Below, piece after piece: positions 1 to 9,653 of a stretch of 64,000 nt of DNA (position 1 is the stretch's first letter; each line of letters opens with the position of its first letter). Location: the IMG/VR virus record IMGVR_UViG_3300018424_005577, positions 1 through 64,000 of that record; one strand, 5' to 3'. The notes under the pieces are model-generated. The model had not been told where the DNA came from. It was given only the letters and a program-made list of their open reading frames with translations, and did not search any database. The translations under genes and the position numbers were made by a program. This DNA is from a virus.

Positions 1-713
1 ATTCCGTTGTAGAGCTTTTTGAGTTGGTCTTCTGTGTATCCGTCAACCACTCTTGAGGCGGTTGGATCGGACTGAGGCTTGAGAGTGACATTAATACCTC
101 TGGCATGGAAATATAAGGCGTTGTCCCAGTCTCGTTCAAAGTTTTCTGGAACCATGACCATATTGATCGTAACTTGTACATCATGTTCTTGACATAGGAT
201 GAGTTTATTTGCAAACTCTTCCATCCTTTCAGTTGTATTTACATGTTCTGTGTGTAAACTAGCTGTAATAGAGGCTCTATGAAATGGCTTTGCACGTTCT
301 ACATAATCTTCAAACCATTTCATAGAGCGCGAACAGTTTGATGTCATGTGTATACTTGTGTAATTTGTGTTTTCTACATCATCTGCTAAATGCTTTAGTA
401 TATCGAGGTATCCAGGATGGAAAGTAGGTTCTCCTCCTGACAAGGAGAAGTGAAAAGAATTGAAGCCGTTGAGTCTGGCTTGACGTTTAATTTCATCCAC
501 TGTAAGCAAGCAGAGCTCGGTAGGACGATGGTCTTTACGGTCGCTTCTTGCGTAAGGCCAGCAGTAGGAGCATCTGTAATTGCAGAATCTACCAAGTAGC
601 CATGATACTGTAAATATATCACGATAAAGCAAAGTACGTTGACCAACACCGACAATATCGTTAAATGGGATCTTAGTGAAATCATAATTACTCCATTTTA
701 AATCTTCAGTCAT
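1..713 (-). CDS. Radical SAM protein, 3' end truncated by window edge (not in the ORF track)
   Basis: Manual translation from ATG 713: MTEDLKWSNYDF...FTVSWLLGRFCNYRCSYC...SLSGGEPTFHP...MTSN..., open to position 1. Has CxxxCxxC and GGEP; paralog of 3593..4780. Confidence 0.9.
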   Translation of the reverse strand, partial: MTEDLKWSNYDFTKIPFNDIVGVGQRTLLYRDIFTVSWLLGRFCNYRCSYCWPYARSDRKDHRPTELCLLTVDEIKRQARLNGFNSFHFSLSGGEPTFHPGYLDILKHLADDVENTNYTSIHMTSNCSRSMKWFEDYVERAKPFHRASITASLHTEHVNTTERMEEFANKLILCQEHDVQVTINMVMVPENFERDWDNALYFHARGINVTLKPQSDPTASRVVDGYTEDQLKKLYNG

Positions 714-718
714 AATTT

Positions 719-747
719 AGTATACTACCTTTAATTAAATATGTCAA
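719..747 (-). promoter_or_regulatory. Sigma70-type promoter TTGACA-17-TATACT, probably giving a leaderless mRNA
   Basis: TTGACA at 747-742, TATACT at 724-719, 17-bp spacer; ATG at 713 lies only 5 nt past the -10 box. Confidence 0.75.
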
Positions 748-1965
748 CTAACTTTGCAACCAATCTACTATGTTGCTATGTAAATAATCTTTGTAATTTT
801 GTTGCCTTGATTTATCAAACAATCCTACTTCTAATAACGCTTTAGCCTTATCGCATTTATTACGTAATACGGCATCATCTATTAAGTTAACTAACTTTTC
901 TGTGTCTTGATTCAATTTAAGTATATCTGTAAGAGCATCTTCTAAAATATCTACAGGCAAATGCTTTAATGCAACACCTCTATCAAAAGGATAAACTTCA
1001 GCCCAATGTACAATAGCTTCACAAGGTAAACTATGACACCATTCTATAAAATCAGGAATATTGTAAATATTGTATAGCATAGGAATAAAACTTATATGTA
1101 TATGTCTAGGCTTACAAGCGTCTATATATTTGCGTAAACTGCTATCAAGTTGCTTCCATGACATAGGATGTCTTATATATTCGTATACTTTTCCATGTCC
1201 GTCTATGCTAAAATTTAAATTAGTTTTAAACTCTTTCAGCATAGAACAAATTTCGTCGTCAAACAGTGTCCCGTTTGTATGAAATTCTAATTGTATATTT
1301 TTACTGTTACCTTCATCAATTGCTTTTTGTAAAAATTTAATTACATGAGGATTGTAAAAAGGCTCACCGCCTGCAAGTTTTAGGATGCTAAATTTGTCAG
1401 TGTTATTATGAATCCAATGCCATTGCTTTACATTGTCCATTTTCCAACTATGCGGAGACACTGCCCATCTACCATCTACTGCCTTGTCTATAGACGGAAT
1501 AAGTCCTTCTTTTTTAAAAAAATTTGTATCTTTTTTTAGTTGACTAGATGCAGACGGATCGCACATTCTACATCTAAGGTTACACGAATTATTTACATGT
1601 GTATCAATAATTTCTAGTTTAGGATTGTCAGCAAGTTTTTGTGCTTCGTCGTCATCTACTTGGGCGTCTTGACGGAAACTCTTTACACCTCTATCTTCCA
1701 TCTCCCAACATACTTTACATGCACTATCTCTTATACCATTTTTTAAATTTTGTCTTAGTTTTTCCATTCTAGGATGGTTAAACATTTCTAATGGCGTTAA
1801 CTGGCTTACATCTCCTTCAATTTGTAGCACATTACTATCTTGATGTACATCGTTACCCATCATACAACAAGGCCAAAAAGTTCTCAATGAACCGTCGGCT
1901 TCAAAAGTTTTAGGCGCAACTTGAGAAAATGGATGAACGCAAAAAGTAGACTTATCAATTGACAT
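748..1965 (-). CDS. N-terminal twitch-domain radical SAM protein
   Basis: N-terminal CVHPF...PCC...CKVC, then CNLRCRMC, AGGEPF, HTNGT, SIDG. Confidence 0.9.
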   Translation of the reverse strand: MSIDKSTFCVHPFSQVAPKTFEADGSLRTFWPCCMMGNDVHQDSNVLQIEGDVSQLTPLEMFNHPRMEKLRQNLKNGIRDSACKVCWEMEDRGVKSFRQDAQVDDDEAQKLADNPKLEIIDTHVNNSCNLRCRMCDPSASSQLKKDTNFFKKEGLIPSIDKAVDGRWAVSPHSWKMDNVKQWHWIHNNTDKFSILKLAGGEPFYNPHVIKFLQKAIDEGNSKNIQLEFHTNGTLFDDEICSMLKEFKTNLNFSIDGHGKVYEYIRHPMSWKQLDSSLRKYIDACKPRHIHISFIPMLYNIYNIPDFIEWCHSLPCEAIVHWAEVYPFDRGVALKHLPVDILEDALTDILKLNQDTEKLVNLIDDAVLRNKCDKAKALLEVGLFDKSRQQNYKDYLHSNIVDWLQS

Positions 1966-3055
1966 GTATATCTTCCTCTATCAAGTGATATAATTCTTTA
2001 TTCAGTGTTGACCAGTGTTCATTTCTTAGTTGATTTAATTTCGTATCCATGTGTAAAAACTTTTTAAAATCACCAGATTGTTTAAGTTCGTCTACAATAA
2101 GTTTGTATATAGGTTGATCCTTAAACTTGTATTTTTCAATGTAAATGTTTTTTACATGATCAGGTAGATGTCTTGGCATCATCCAATCAGGTCCGTCTGC
2201 CATTACATATTTTTGATTTATATCTAAAGATTTACAAAAGTCCATTAGTTCATGCACTTTATTAATGTTGTATATACTAGCAACGCTATGTACACTAGGA
2301 TTAGCACCTTGCTCTTTAAACCAAAGTATATTAGATTTTACTTCGTCCCATTTACTGCCTTTACGCAAAAAATCATTTAATGGACCATAGCTATCAACAC
2401 TTAATTTTACACTTAGTTTACCTACTTCTTTAAGTAGTTCTAATAGCTCGCCTTGCGGCCTGATTGTAGTATTAGTAATTAATAGTAATGTTAGATTAGG
2501 TCTATCGCATTTTTTAAGTAAATCAATAAGTTTTTGCTCTTCCATTAAAGGTTCGCCACCTAGTAATTTTATAAATCTTAATTCGCTAAGATCATATTCG
2601 TCAAGAATTGTGTTTTCTGCAATTATACCACTGTGTTTTATACCTAATTTCTTAGCATCACTATACCAACTAGTACTAAGTTCAGGGCCGCACATTCTAC
2701 ACTTGTTATTACAAACATTACTAAATGTTAGATCTATGTTTGTTAGTTTAGGCACCTTGCCTCGGCCTTCTTCAGGAAATCCAAAATTTTGTACTTTGTT
2801 CATATCTAGCCGCATACTATGGCCGCTAGTTTTTTCATCTGCATAGCATCTGCTACAACCTTCTATGTATTCATCATTAAGCATTTTTTGCCTAATTTCT
2901 TTAAGAAAAGGATGATTAAAAGGATCTTTATGCTTTACAGTCAAATCATCAGGTGTTTCTTCCCATCTAAAATAACAGCAAGGAAATACTCTACCATCTG
3001 GTCTAGTTGCAATATGATGGAATGGAAGATCGCAACTATGTTTGCGTTTAGTCAT
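1955..3055 (-). CDS. N-terminal twitch-domain radical SAM protein
   Basis: CDLPF...PCC...CSRC, then CNNKCRMC, LGGEPL, SVD. Confidence 0.9.
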   Translation of the reverse strand: MTKRKHSCDLPFHHIATRPDGRVFPCCYFRWEETPDDLTVKHKDPFNHPFLKEIRQKMLNDEYIEGCSRCYADEKTSGHSMRLDMNKVQNFGFPEEGRGKVPKLTNIDLTFSNVCNNKCRMCGPELSTSWYSDAKKLGIKHSGIIAENTILDEYDLSELRFIKLLGGEPLMEEQKLIDLLKKCDRPNLTLLLITNTTIRPQGELLELLKEVGKLSVKLSVDSYGPLNDFLRKGSKWDEVKSNILWFKEQGANPSVHSVASIYNINKVHELMDFCKSLDINQKYVMADGPDWMMPRHLPDHVKNIYIEKYKFKDQPIYKLIVDELKQSGDFKKFLHMDTKLNQLRNEHWSTLNKELYHLIEEDIHVN

Positions 3056-3590
3056 TCAAAAATCCCGATACTTGCATAGTATACTTAGGTGAAAGTCCTG
3101 CATTAGCACTTAAATGCAAATGATCGCTATCCCAAATAAAACCATCTCCTGCCTTCCAATGAGTGCTTGTCTGCCATTCCTTATTATGATCTTCATAATT
3201 AATAAAATGTCCAGGCTTCCAATCCTCTAAGTATATATTTGCACGTACTTTTTTTCTTGTATCGTTAGGATACTTTTTGTTTATTTGGAAAAAAGTATCT
3301 CTATGCAATGTAATTACATTTCCAGGAGGTTGTAAAATTGTGCTAAGAGTAACTACTTCTATGCCAAGTTGTTCTCCTATTAATTTGTAATCAACATCGC
3401 CGTCGTCCCACCATAGTTGTTGTATTCTAGTATTATCTTCGTGATAGCTTTCTGGAAACCCTTTGCCATATTTTTCGTGAAGATCTTCTTGTTCACGTTT
3501 TTGATAACTTATACAACTGCCATAATGCTGAGAATAATCAGCACTTAAAAATTTATCCAAGTTATAATTAAAATTTATATGTTCTATCAT
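3048..3590 (-). CDS. 2OG-Fe(II) oxygenase / Asp-Asn beta-hydroxylase-like cupin
   Basis: PPGNVITLHRD (HxD) and WKAGDGFIWDSDHLHLSAN (distal His) in a double-stranded beta-helix pattern. Confidence 0.7.
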   Translation of the reverse strand: MIEHINFNYNLDKFLSADYSQHYGSCISYQKREQEDLHEKYGKGFPESYHEDNTRIQQLWWDDGDVDYKLIGEQLGIEVVTLSTILQPPGNVITLHRDTFFQINKKYPNDTRKKVRANIYLEDWKPGHFINYEDHNKEWQTSTHWKAGDGFIWDSDHLHLSANAGLSPKYTMQVSGFLND

Positions 3591-3592
3591 GG

Positions 3593-4780
3593 TTATTCCT
3601 TTACTAACGGTGCAAGTACTTCGGTCCTAAAATGTCCTTTAGCAACGTCTATATAATTTTCTTTATATTTACTTTTAGGCGCACACAACCCGCAACCGCA
3701 GGTATGTTTAGGACACGTAATTGTCGGCATAGTACCACTTTTTAATTTTTCTTTTAATTCAGCAATAATTTTTTTGCCTTCACTTATTTTTCCTATTGCA
3801 CCTCTTGTTCCGTCAAATCGTGCTTGACAAGTTTGATGATGGAACACACTATCAGTTTGCTGTTCTAAATGTAGGAAAAACCAATTAACACTACAACTCC
3901 AACCTTTAAATTCTCTAAGATCTACAAATGTGCTTTTGCGACTTTCACCATTGTTACTAAGACACATTGTCCTACTACCGCAACAAGGTCTTCCTATTGT
4001 CATTCCTAGTTTTTTCTTTTCTGTAGTTTTTTCGCCAGCGGCACTTAACACTGCTGTTTCTTCTTGATCTTTTTGTTTTTTGTTTAATCTAGCATTTCTA
4101 TATTCCCAATAATTTTTCATATAGTCTAACTGCTCTTCAGTGTATGTATGAGCAAAGTTACTTCTGCTATCTGGCTCTTCTCCAATTATACGAGGTACAT
4201 ATTTTACTTCATGTTCGTCTAAAAACTCACACAAATCTTTGCACTCGTCAAAGTATGCCGCATGGAACATTACATTAACACTGACAGTAAAATTATTTGC
4301 AGGACCTTCAGTATGAAATTGTAGTATTCTATCTCTGACCTGTTGTTTTAGTTTGTTGTCACTTTCTGCATGATAGCTCACTGTAGCATGGCCAAAATTT
4401 TGCATAACTGCATCTGCCATTTTTTTACTCATTGCGCCATTAGTAGTGAGGGCAAACCCGCACTGCCATTTGTCTGCATATTTTTCGTCATACTGACTTT
4501 TCAAATATTGAGCAAACGGAATAAAATTGGGATTAACTGTAGGTTCTCCGCCGGTAAATCCTATATTTGCCTCTTTAAAAAGTCTATGTTGCATATAAGT
4601 GTCTATATATTCAAACAAGAAATCGGTATTATTTTTAAGTTCTTCTAAACTAGCATGTTTACTAAAATTATCATGCCTATGTGCTGGACAGTAACTACAG
4701 TCATAATTACAACGTCTGCCTGTATCCCATGTAACTTGAAAAACTTTGCCTGTTAGTAAGTCTATTGTATCAAAACTCAT
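3593..4780 (-). CDS. Radical SAM protein with Cys-rich C-terminal auxiliary cluster region
   Basis: CNYDCSYC, TGGEPT, TTNG; C-terminal PCC...C...C...C...CPKHTCGCGLC. Confidence 0.9.
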   Translation of the reverse strand: MSFDTIDLLTGKVFQVTWDTGRRCNYDCSYCPAHRHDNFSKHASLEELKNNTDFLFEYIDTYMQHRLFKEANIGFTGGEPTVNPNFIPFAQYLKSQYDEKYADKWQCGFALTTNGAMSKKMADAVMQNFGHATVSYHAESDNKLKQQVRDRILQFHTEGPANNFTVSVNVMFHAAYFDECKDLCEFLDEHEVKYVPRIIGEEPDSRSNFAHTYTEEQLDYMKNYWEYRNARLNKKQKDQEETAVLSAAGEKTTEKKKLGMTIGRPCCGSRTMCLSNNGESRKSTFVDLREFKGWSCSVNWFFLHLEQQTDSVFHHQTCQARFDGTRGAIGKISEGKKIIAELKEKLKSGTMPTITCPKHTCGCGLCAPKSKYKENYIDVAKGHFRTEVLAPLVKE

Positions 4781-6089
4781 TTAAATATTCCTTGAATGCA
4801 GGTTCTACTTCTGTTAAATTTTCGCCGCGTATAGCGTCTAAACGCTTCGTGTAGCGTTGGAATTCTTCCCAATGGGTGTTGTAGTAACTGTCACTATTCA
4901 TATACGTACACACACCGTTTGCAATGTCTTGTGCCTGCTTAACTACATGCTCATTAAAATTTTTATCCTTGGTCCATTGCACAAATTCTTCAAATCTTTT
5001 GGTTAATTTTTCTTTTGCTTCATCTGGCAACACTCTAATATTTAAGTGTTGAGGATGATGAGCAACATGATGTGTGACTATCGGACGCCTGGTTGTGCTA
5101 TTAATTTTATTAAAGTTGCTCTCTGTAAGTTTCCATTTCATAAAGTCAATCATATGATTAACATTATATGCTGTAACTGTAAATGCTAACCAACCAATTA
5201 TATTGCTGGGCATGTTATCTAGTGTAAGTAAGTTTTTATACAACTTGTCCCATTTAGCAGGATGTCTCTGATATTCTATAACTTTGCCGTATCCGTCTAT
5301 ACTTGCTCCTACTCTAACCTGTTTAAAATTTTCCCATAGTTTTGCAACTCTAGGAGGTAGTGTACTCATATTAGTATTATATTCAATAATAATGTCTTTT
5401 GCAGAATCTTGATCAATACAACGTTGCAAAAAATCATAGTGTCGATCAATCAACATAGGCTCTCCGCCTGCAAAATATATGTGTCTAATATTGTTAATAT
5501 GTTTTTCTAAATATTCCCAAAAAGGTTCGTGATTAGGCCAATCATATTCACTAGCACAAAGTTTACCGTTTATTTGTTTTATTTCAATATCGCCACTTGT
5601 TTCTTTAAAAAAATTAGAACCAGTAAGTTTTATCCAATCATCATACCAAGCATTTGAATCAGTAGGTCCACACATACGACATTTTAAATTACAAAAATTG
5701 CCAAATCTAAGATCATAATATTTTACAGGAGTAGACGTTACATCTATAGTACCATCATCTTCTGTATCTTTTATTGCATCTTCTAATGTGTAATTCCATT
5801 GCTCTTGTTCATATTGCCGTCTACTGTTTAAGCCTGAAGTTTCTTCAGCTAAACAACGACCGCATTCTTTGTTCCATTTACCTTGAAGCATATTCAAACG
5901 CATTTCTTTCATTAGATCTGCATTACGAGCTTCGTCTAAGTCGTCGGATCCTGCATTGTATGCTGTGCCGTCTGCTTTGCGTATTACACCTCTATTTTTT
6001 GTTACGTTGGCTTGACAGCAAACACGTAGATCTCCGTTTGCTCTAGCGGCTTGAAATATCCAAGGTATAGGACAAAATGTATTAGCCAC
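4770..6089 (-). CDS. N-terminal twitch-domain radical SAM protein (start revised to GTG 6089)
   Basis: CPIPW...VCC...CGRC, then CNLKCRMC, AGGEPM, YNTN, SIDG. GTG at 6089 overlaps the upstream stop as other genes in the operon do and aligns with paralog starts. Confidence 0.88.
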   Translation of the reverse strand: MANTFCPIPWIFQAARANGDLRVCCQANVTKNRGVIRKADGTAYNAGSDDLDEARNADLMKEMRLNMLQGKWNKECGRCLAEETSGLNSRRQYEQEQWNYTLEDAIKDTEDDGTIDVTSTPVKYYDLRFGNFCNLKCRMCGPTDSNAWYDDWIKLTGSNFFKETSGDIEIKQINGKLCASEYDWPNHEPFWEYLEKHINNIRHIYFAGGEPMLIDRHYDFLQRCIDQDSAKDIIIEYNTNMSTLPPRVAKLWENFKQVRVGASIDGYGKVIEYQRHPAKWDKLYKNLLTLDNMPSNIIGWLAFTVTAYNVNHMIDFMKWKLTESNFNKINSTTRRPIVTHHVAHHPQHLNIRVLPDEAKEKLTKRFEEFVQWTKDKNFNEHVVKQAQDIANGVCTYMNSDSYYNTHWEEFQRYTKRLDAIRGENLTEVEPAFKEYLNEF

Positions 6090-6906
6090 GATCAATTTCC
6101 CTAATAGTTTCTTGCAGTCTATCTTCGGCCCATTGCCTTTCTTCACACCACCAACACTGTTTGCACAAAGGAATGTCCATTCCATCTTTATAATCTTTGA
6201 AATGGCCACATGCTCTTTTTATAATTTCGTGTTGCTCTATATCGCCTTCACAACTACGAGTAATGTAGTACAACTCGTCTATACCGTAGATAAAATATTG
6301 TGCTACTATCCAATCTTTTTTAACAAATCGAAAAGGATGGGCAAGATATGCATCTTCTTTTTTACCGTATCTCCATACATCTTCAAGTACTCCGTCCTCT
6401 GCGTCTTTATCTCTATTTGTCATTCTATCAGCACGGGTTGCATCTGGATTTTTACTAGTAGCATTATAAACTGCATTTAAATTATTTTGCCAGGCAGCGA
6501 ATCTATTAAAACTTCCTACAATAATCTGATCTCCGCTTCTGCCATTTACAATAGGTCCTATAGCACCGTGTTCTAATTCAGGCGGAATATAATTTGTAAT
6601 TCTGTCAGTTATAATTTTAGGAAATCTGCTTTTTAACCAATTGTATACTTGTATGCTTACATAACCTTGCCAAGGTCTTGTTTCCCAACACCGTTGATAT
6701 GTTATTGCAGTCACAGTACAATCTGATTTATGTTTTTCAATAATAGAACAAATAAAGAAAGTTAACAACGCACTATCGGCACCTCCACTTAAATTAACAC
6801 CAACTTTTTTCCATGAAGGATCAAAAACAATTTTTAAATTACTAAAAGTTTCTACTATTTTATCTTGTGTAATTGTTTCATATAATTTGTTATTAATTTC
6901 AAACAT
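6082..6906 (-). CDS. QueC-like PP-loop ATPase (adenine nucleotide alpha-hydrolase fold)
   Basis: VNLSGGADS PP-loop and C-terminal TRSCE...CKQCWWCEER zinc-site pattern typical of the QueC family. Confidence 0.75.
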   Translation of the reverse strand: MFEINNKLYETITQDKIVETFSNLKIVFDPSWKKVGVNLSGGADSALLTFFICSIIEKHKSDCTVTAITYQRCWETRPWQGYVSIQVYNWLKSRFPKIITDRITNYIPPELEHGAIGPIVNGRSGDQIIVGSFNRFAAWQNNLNAVYNATSKNPDATRADRMTNRDKDAEDGVLEDVWRYGKKEDAYLAHPFRFVKKDWIVAQYFIYGIDELYYITRSCEGDIEQHEIIKRACGHFKDYKDGMDIPLCKQCWWCEERQWAEDRLQETIREIDRG

Positions 6907-8248
6907 TGAGATTCCTTATAATATTATTGCCGGTAAATTTATAATTAACCATATGATCGTTAAAATTTTGTTTCCAAATTTCATCAGTTTTTCTAATGTA
7001 TACCATAAATGCTTCCCATTCACTTTCAGAAACATTATTGTTTAACACATAATGTTCTAAAAAGTCTAAACCTTTTAATGCAGTTTCTATATCAGAAAAA
7101 CTTGCTCCTTGTGTATTAGGTCTATAAGATGCTCTATTCTTATAGTTGTCTAAATTATCTAAACGTTTTTGCCTTTCATTAAGAATTGCTTCTCTTGTTT
7201 CTGCAAAGTCTTCTATTACATAATGTTTAAATTTTAAATTCATTAACGCCGGATTCATATATTTAGGTGTATACACAATAGAACTATCTATAAAGTTTAC
7301 ATCTAATTCCATAAACGATTCGAAAACATTTTTAATATCCATTATCTGGTATGCACTTGTAGTACAAACAATATTAAGTTCTGTTTCTTTATCTATACGT
7401 CTAAATATGTCGATATTTCTTTTTAATGTTTGCCAGTTGCCTGTTCTAAAATATCCATAAATATTTTTTCCTGCATCAACACTAACATGTATAATTGTCC
7501 TATTAAATGGTTTAAGTAATTTACTAAGTAATACAGGATCAAATCTAGCATTAAAATTTGAATGGAAGGAAATTTTTATATTGGCCGCATTAGGATGAGC
7601 CGCTAATAATTTTAAACAAGGAAAAAATTGCTTTTGATATAAAACTTCACCTCCGGAAAAATCTACCTTCATTATATTAGGAAAATTATTTTGCAGATCA
7701 TTAATAATTTCTTCCATTTGTGAAATATCAATAGATATAGATAGATCTACATCTTGATCTGTTTTATGAAATTCTCTAGTTAGTTGTATAAGTTTATGTT
7801 TTCTATCTTCTTCATCTGAAGTATATCTTTTTAATTTGCTCATCCATCCTGACGAATAGACGTCTGAACAATGTAGGCAAGACATATTACAACTATTACT
7901 GAACCTAAGTTCTATATGTTTTACAGATGCAAAATCTATTTCACCAGTTTGTTCATTATAAAGATCTAAATCAACCACTTCATCAAGCATATAATCAAAG
8001 TCTTGCCGCATACTATGGCTACCAATTGCTTCGGCATCTTTACACAAATGACACCCTGGACTCCAAGTACCAGACATCATTTCCTTACGATGCTTACGAA
8101 ACCCTTCACTATTAATTACATCAGAAGGCTTTAAAGTAGTATTTGTAATATCACATAACCTGTCAGATTGCTGAGGACAACTAGTTACAAAACCATTTTT
8201 GTAATTTATTCCTCCTAATGTATAGGGACAAATAATTTTTTCAGCCAT
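6899..8248 (-). CDS. N-terminal twitch-domain radical SAM protein
   Basis: CPYT...SCP...CHLC, then CNMSCLHC, SGGEV, SVD. Confidence 0.88.
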   Translation of the reverse strand: MAEKIICPYTLGGINYKNGFVTSCPQQSDRLCDITNTTLKPSDVINSEGFRKHRKEMMSGTWSPGCHLCKDAEAIGSHSMRQDFDYMLDEVVDLDLYNEQTGEIDFASVKHIELRFSNSCNMSCLHCSDVYSSGWMSKLKRYTSDEEDRKHKLIQLTREFHKTDQDVDLSISIDISQMEEIINDLQNNFPNIMKVDFSGGEVLYQKQFFPCLKLLAAHPNAANIKISFHSNFNARFDPVLLSKLLKPFNRTIIHVSVDAGKNIYGYFRTGNWQTLKRNIDIFRRIDKETELNIVCTTSAYQIMDIKNVFESFMELDVNFIDSSIVYTPKYMNPALMNLKFKHYVIEDFAETREAILNERQKRLDNLDNYKNRASYRPNTQGASFSDIETALKGLDFLEHYVLNNNVSESEWEAFMVYIRKTDEIWKQNFNDHMVNYKFTGNNIIRNLNV

Positions 8249-9641
8249 TAAAGATATCCTTCATTTCAGGAAAAGTTTCAGCAAAACTATTGCTTCTTTG
8301 AGTGTCACATCGTTTCAAAAATTCTTGCATCTCTGGTAAACGTACACTCCAATCTTCGCTTTCCATAAATTTTAGCATGCCTTCTAATCTTTTTATACCA
8401 TAACCAGCGTCCATAAATTTTTCTTTTGTAACTTTTCCTTTATGCCAACTAGGAATTCCTAATTCCCAATTTTCTTCCCACCAAGGATAAAACTCTTCGT
8501 ACTTGCGACGGCATTCTTCTTTAAACCATTTAGGTAATACTTTAACATTTAAATGAGGAGGATGATAAACAAAATGATAGTTAATTCCTCCTGCTCCAAA
8601 TGGCCACATATTAATTTTTCTAAATCCTTGTTGCAATTTCCATTTAATAAAATCTGGTATGTAATAAATGTTTAGTGCTTGTACAGCACACGCAACTGTG
8701 ACTTCTGTATTATCAGGAGTTTCTTTATCAAGTATATGAAACACTTCTTCTGTACGTTCCCATTTACTAGGGTAACGAATATAACTATTCATTTCGTGTA
8801 TGCTGTCTACACTATAATGGAAACGTACTAATTTAAATTCTTTCCATAGATCAAACAAATCTTCACGCCATTCGACTCCATTACTATTATAACGCAGTTC
8901 TAGATCTTTTGCAATACCCTGACGTATTGCTTCTTCAAGTATTTCGTAGTGTTCTTCAATAATAAGACTTTCGCCGCCTGCAAAATATATTTGTTGCATG
9001 TTAGGCATTTGTTCATAAAACTGTTTCCAAAACGTAGGATTTTGTTTGTGCCAATTGTAACTACTACCGTTATAGCTTCCTTTGTCTTTCCATTGCATGG
9101 TTTCTTTTAGACTAGCATTTTCAACAGCAGGAAATATTGCTTTCCAATCTTTGATCCAACCTGAACTATCATGCGGGCTACACATTACACACGCAAGTTG
9201 GCACTTGGTACCAAAACGCAAATCAATATATGCAAGTTGCGGAGGAACGCTGCCATCTTCAGCTGTGCTTGCAATTAGGTTATCTACATCAACACGCTCG
9301 CTCCAATAAGCGGTCTCCCACATACGCTTACTATTATGTCCTGCCGCTTCTTCTTTGTAACATTTCATGCAACTGGGAGGCATTTCTCCATTGAGCATTT
9401 GTAGTCTTACATTTTTCATGTAAGTACTATTCCAGGCTGTTTCAAAATCGCTTACATTAAGATTATTAGGTTTGCCGTCATCAGTTTTTAATATTCCTAC
9501 TTGTCCGCCATGTTTTTTATCATTAGTAGGTCCTACACTGCTTGCATTAGCAGTGCAACAAACACGCATACTTCCGTCTGGTCTAGTTGATAGATGAACC
9601 CAAGGTAAAATACACCAAGTGTCGGATACTTTTTTAGTCAT
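8241..9641 (-). CDS. N-terminal twitch-domain radical SAM protein
   Basis: CILPW...VCC...CMKC, then CQLACVMC, AGGES, YNSNG, SVD. Confidence 0.9.
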   Translation of the reverse strand: MTKKVSDTWCILPWVHLSTRPDGSMRVCCTANASSVGPTNDKKHGGQVGILKTDDGKPNNLNVSDFETAWNSTYMKNVRLQMLNGEMPPSCMKCYKEEAAGHNSKRMWETAYWSERVDVDNLIASTAEDGSVPPQLAYIDLRFGTKCQLACVMCSPHDSSGWIKDWKAIFPAVENASLKETMQWKDKGSYNGSSYNWHKQNPTFWKQFYEQMPNMQQIYFAGGESLIIEEHYEILEEAIRQGIAKDLELRYNSNGVEWREDLFDLWKEFKLVRFHYSVDSIHEMNSYIRYPSKWERTEEVFHILDKETPDNTEVTVACAVQALNIYYIPDFIKWKLQQGFRKINMWPFGAGGINYHFVYHPPHLNVKVLPKWFKEECRRKYEEFYPWWEENWELGIPSWHKGKVTKEKFMDAGYGIKRLEGMLKFMESEDWSVRLPEMQEFLKRCDTQRSNSFAETFPEMKDIFNG

Positions 9642-9653
9642 ACTTATACTTAC

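Noticed and set aside
395-685. 96-aa ORF in the track
   Set aside because: It is an out-of-frame shadow of the real radical SAM gene running from 713 to the window edge.
6090-6209. 40-aa N-terminal extension of ORF 4770..6209
   Set aside because: It overlaps the conserved Cys-rich end of the QueC-like gene; GTG 6089 matches paralog starts and the coupling pattern.
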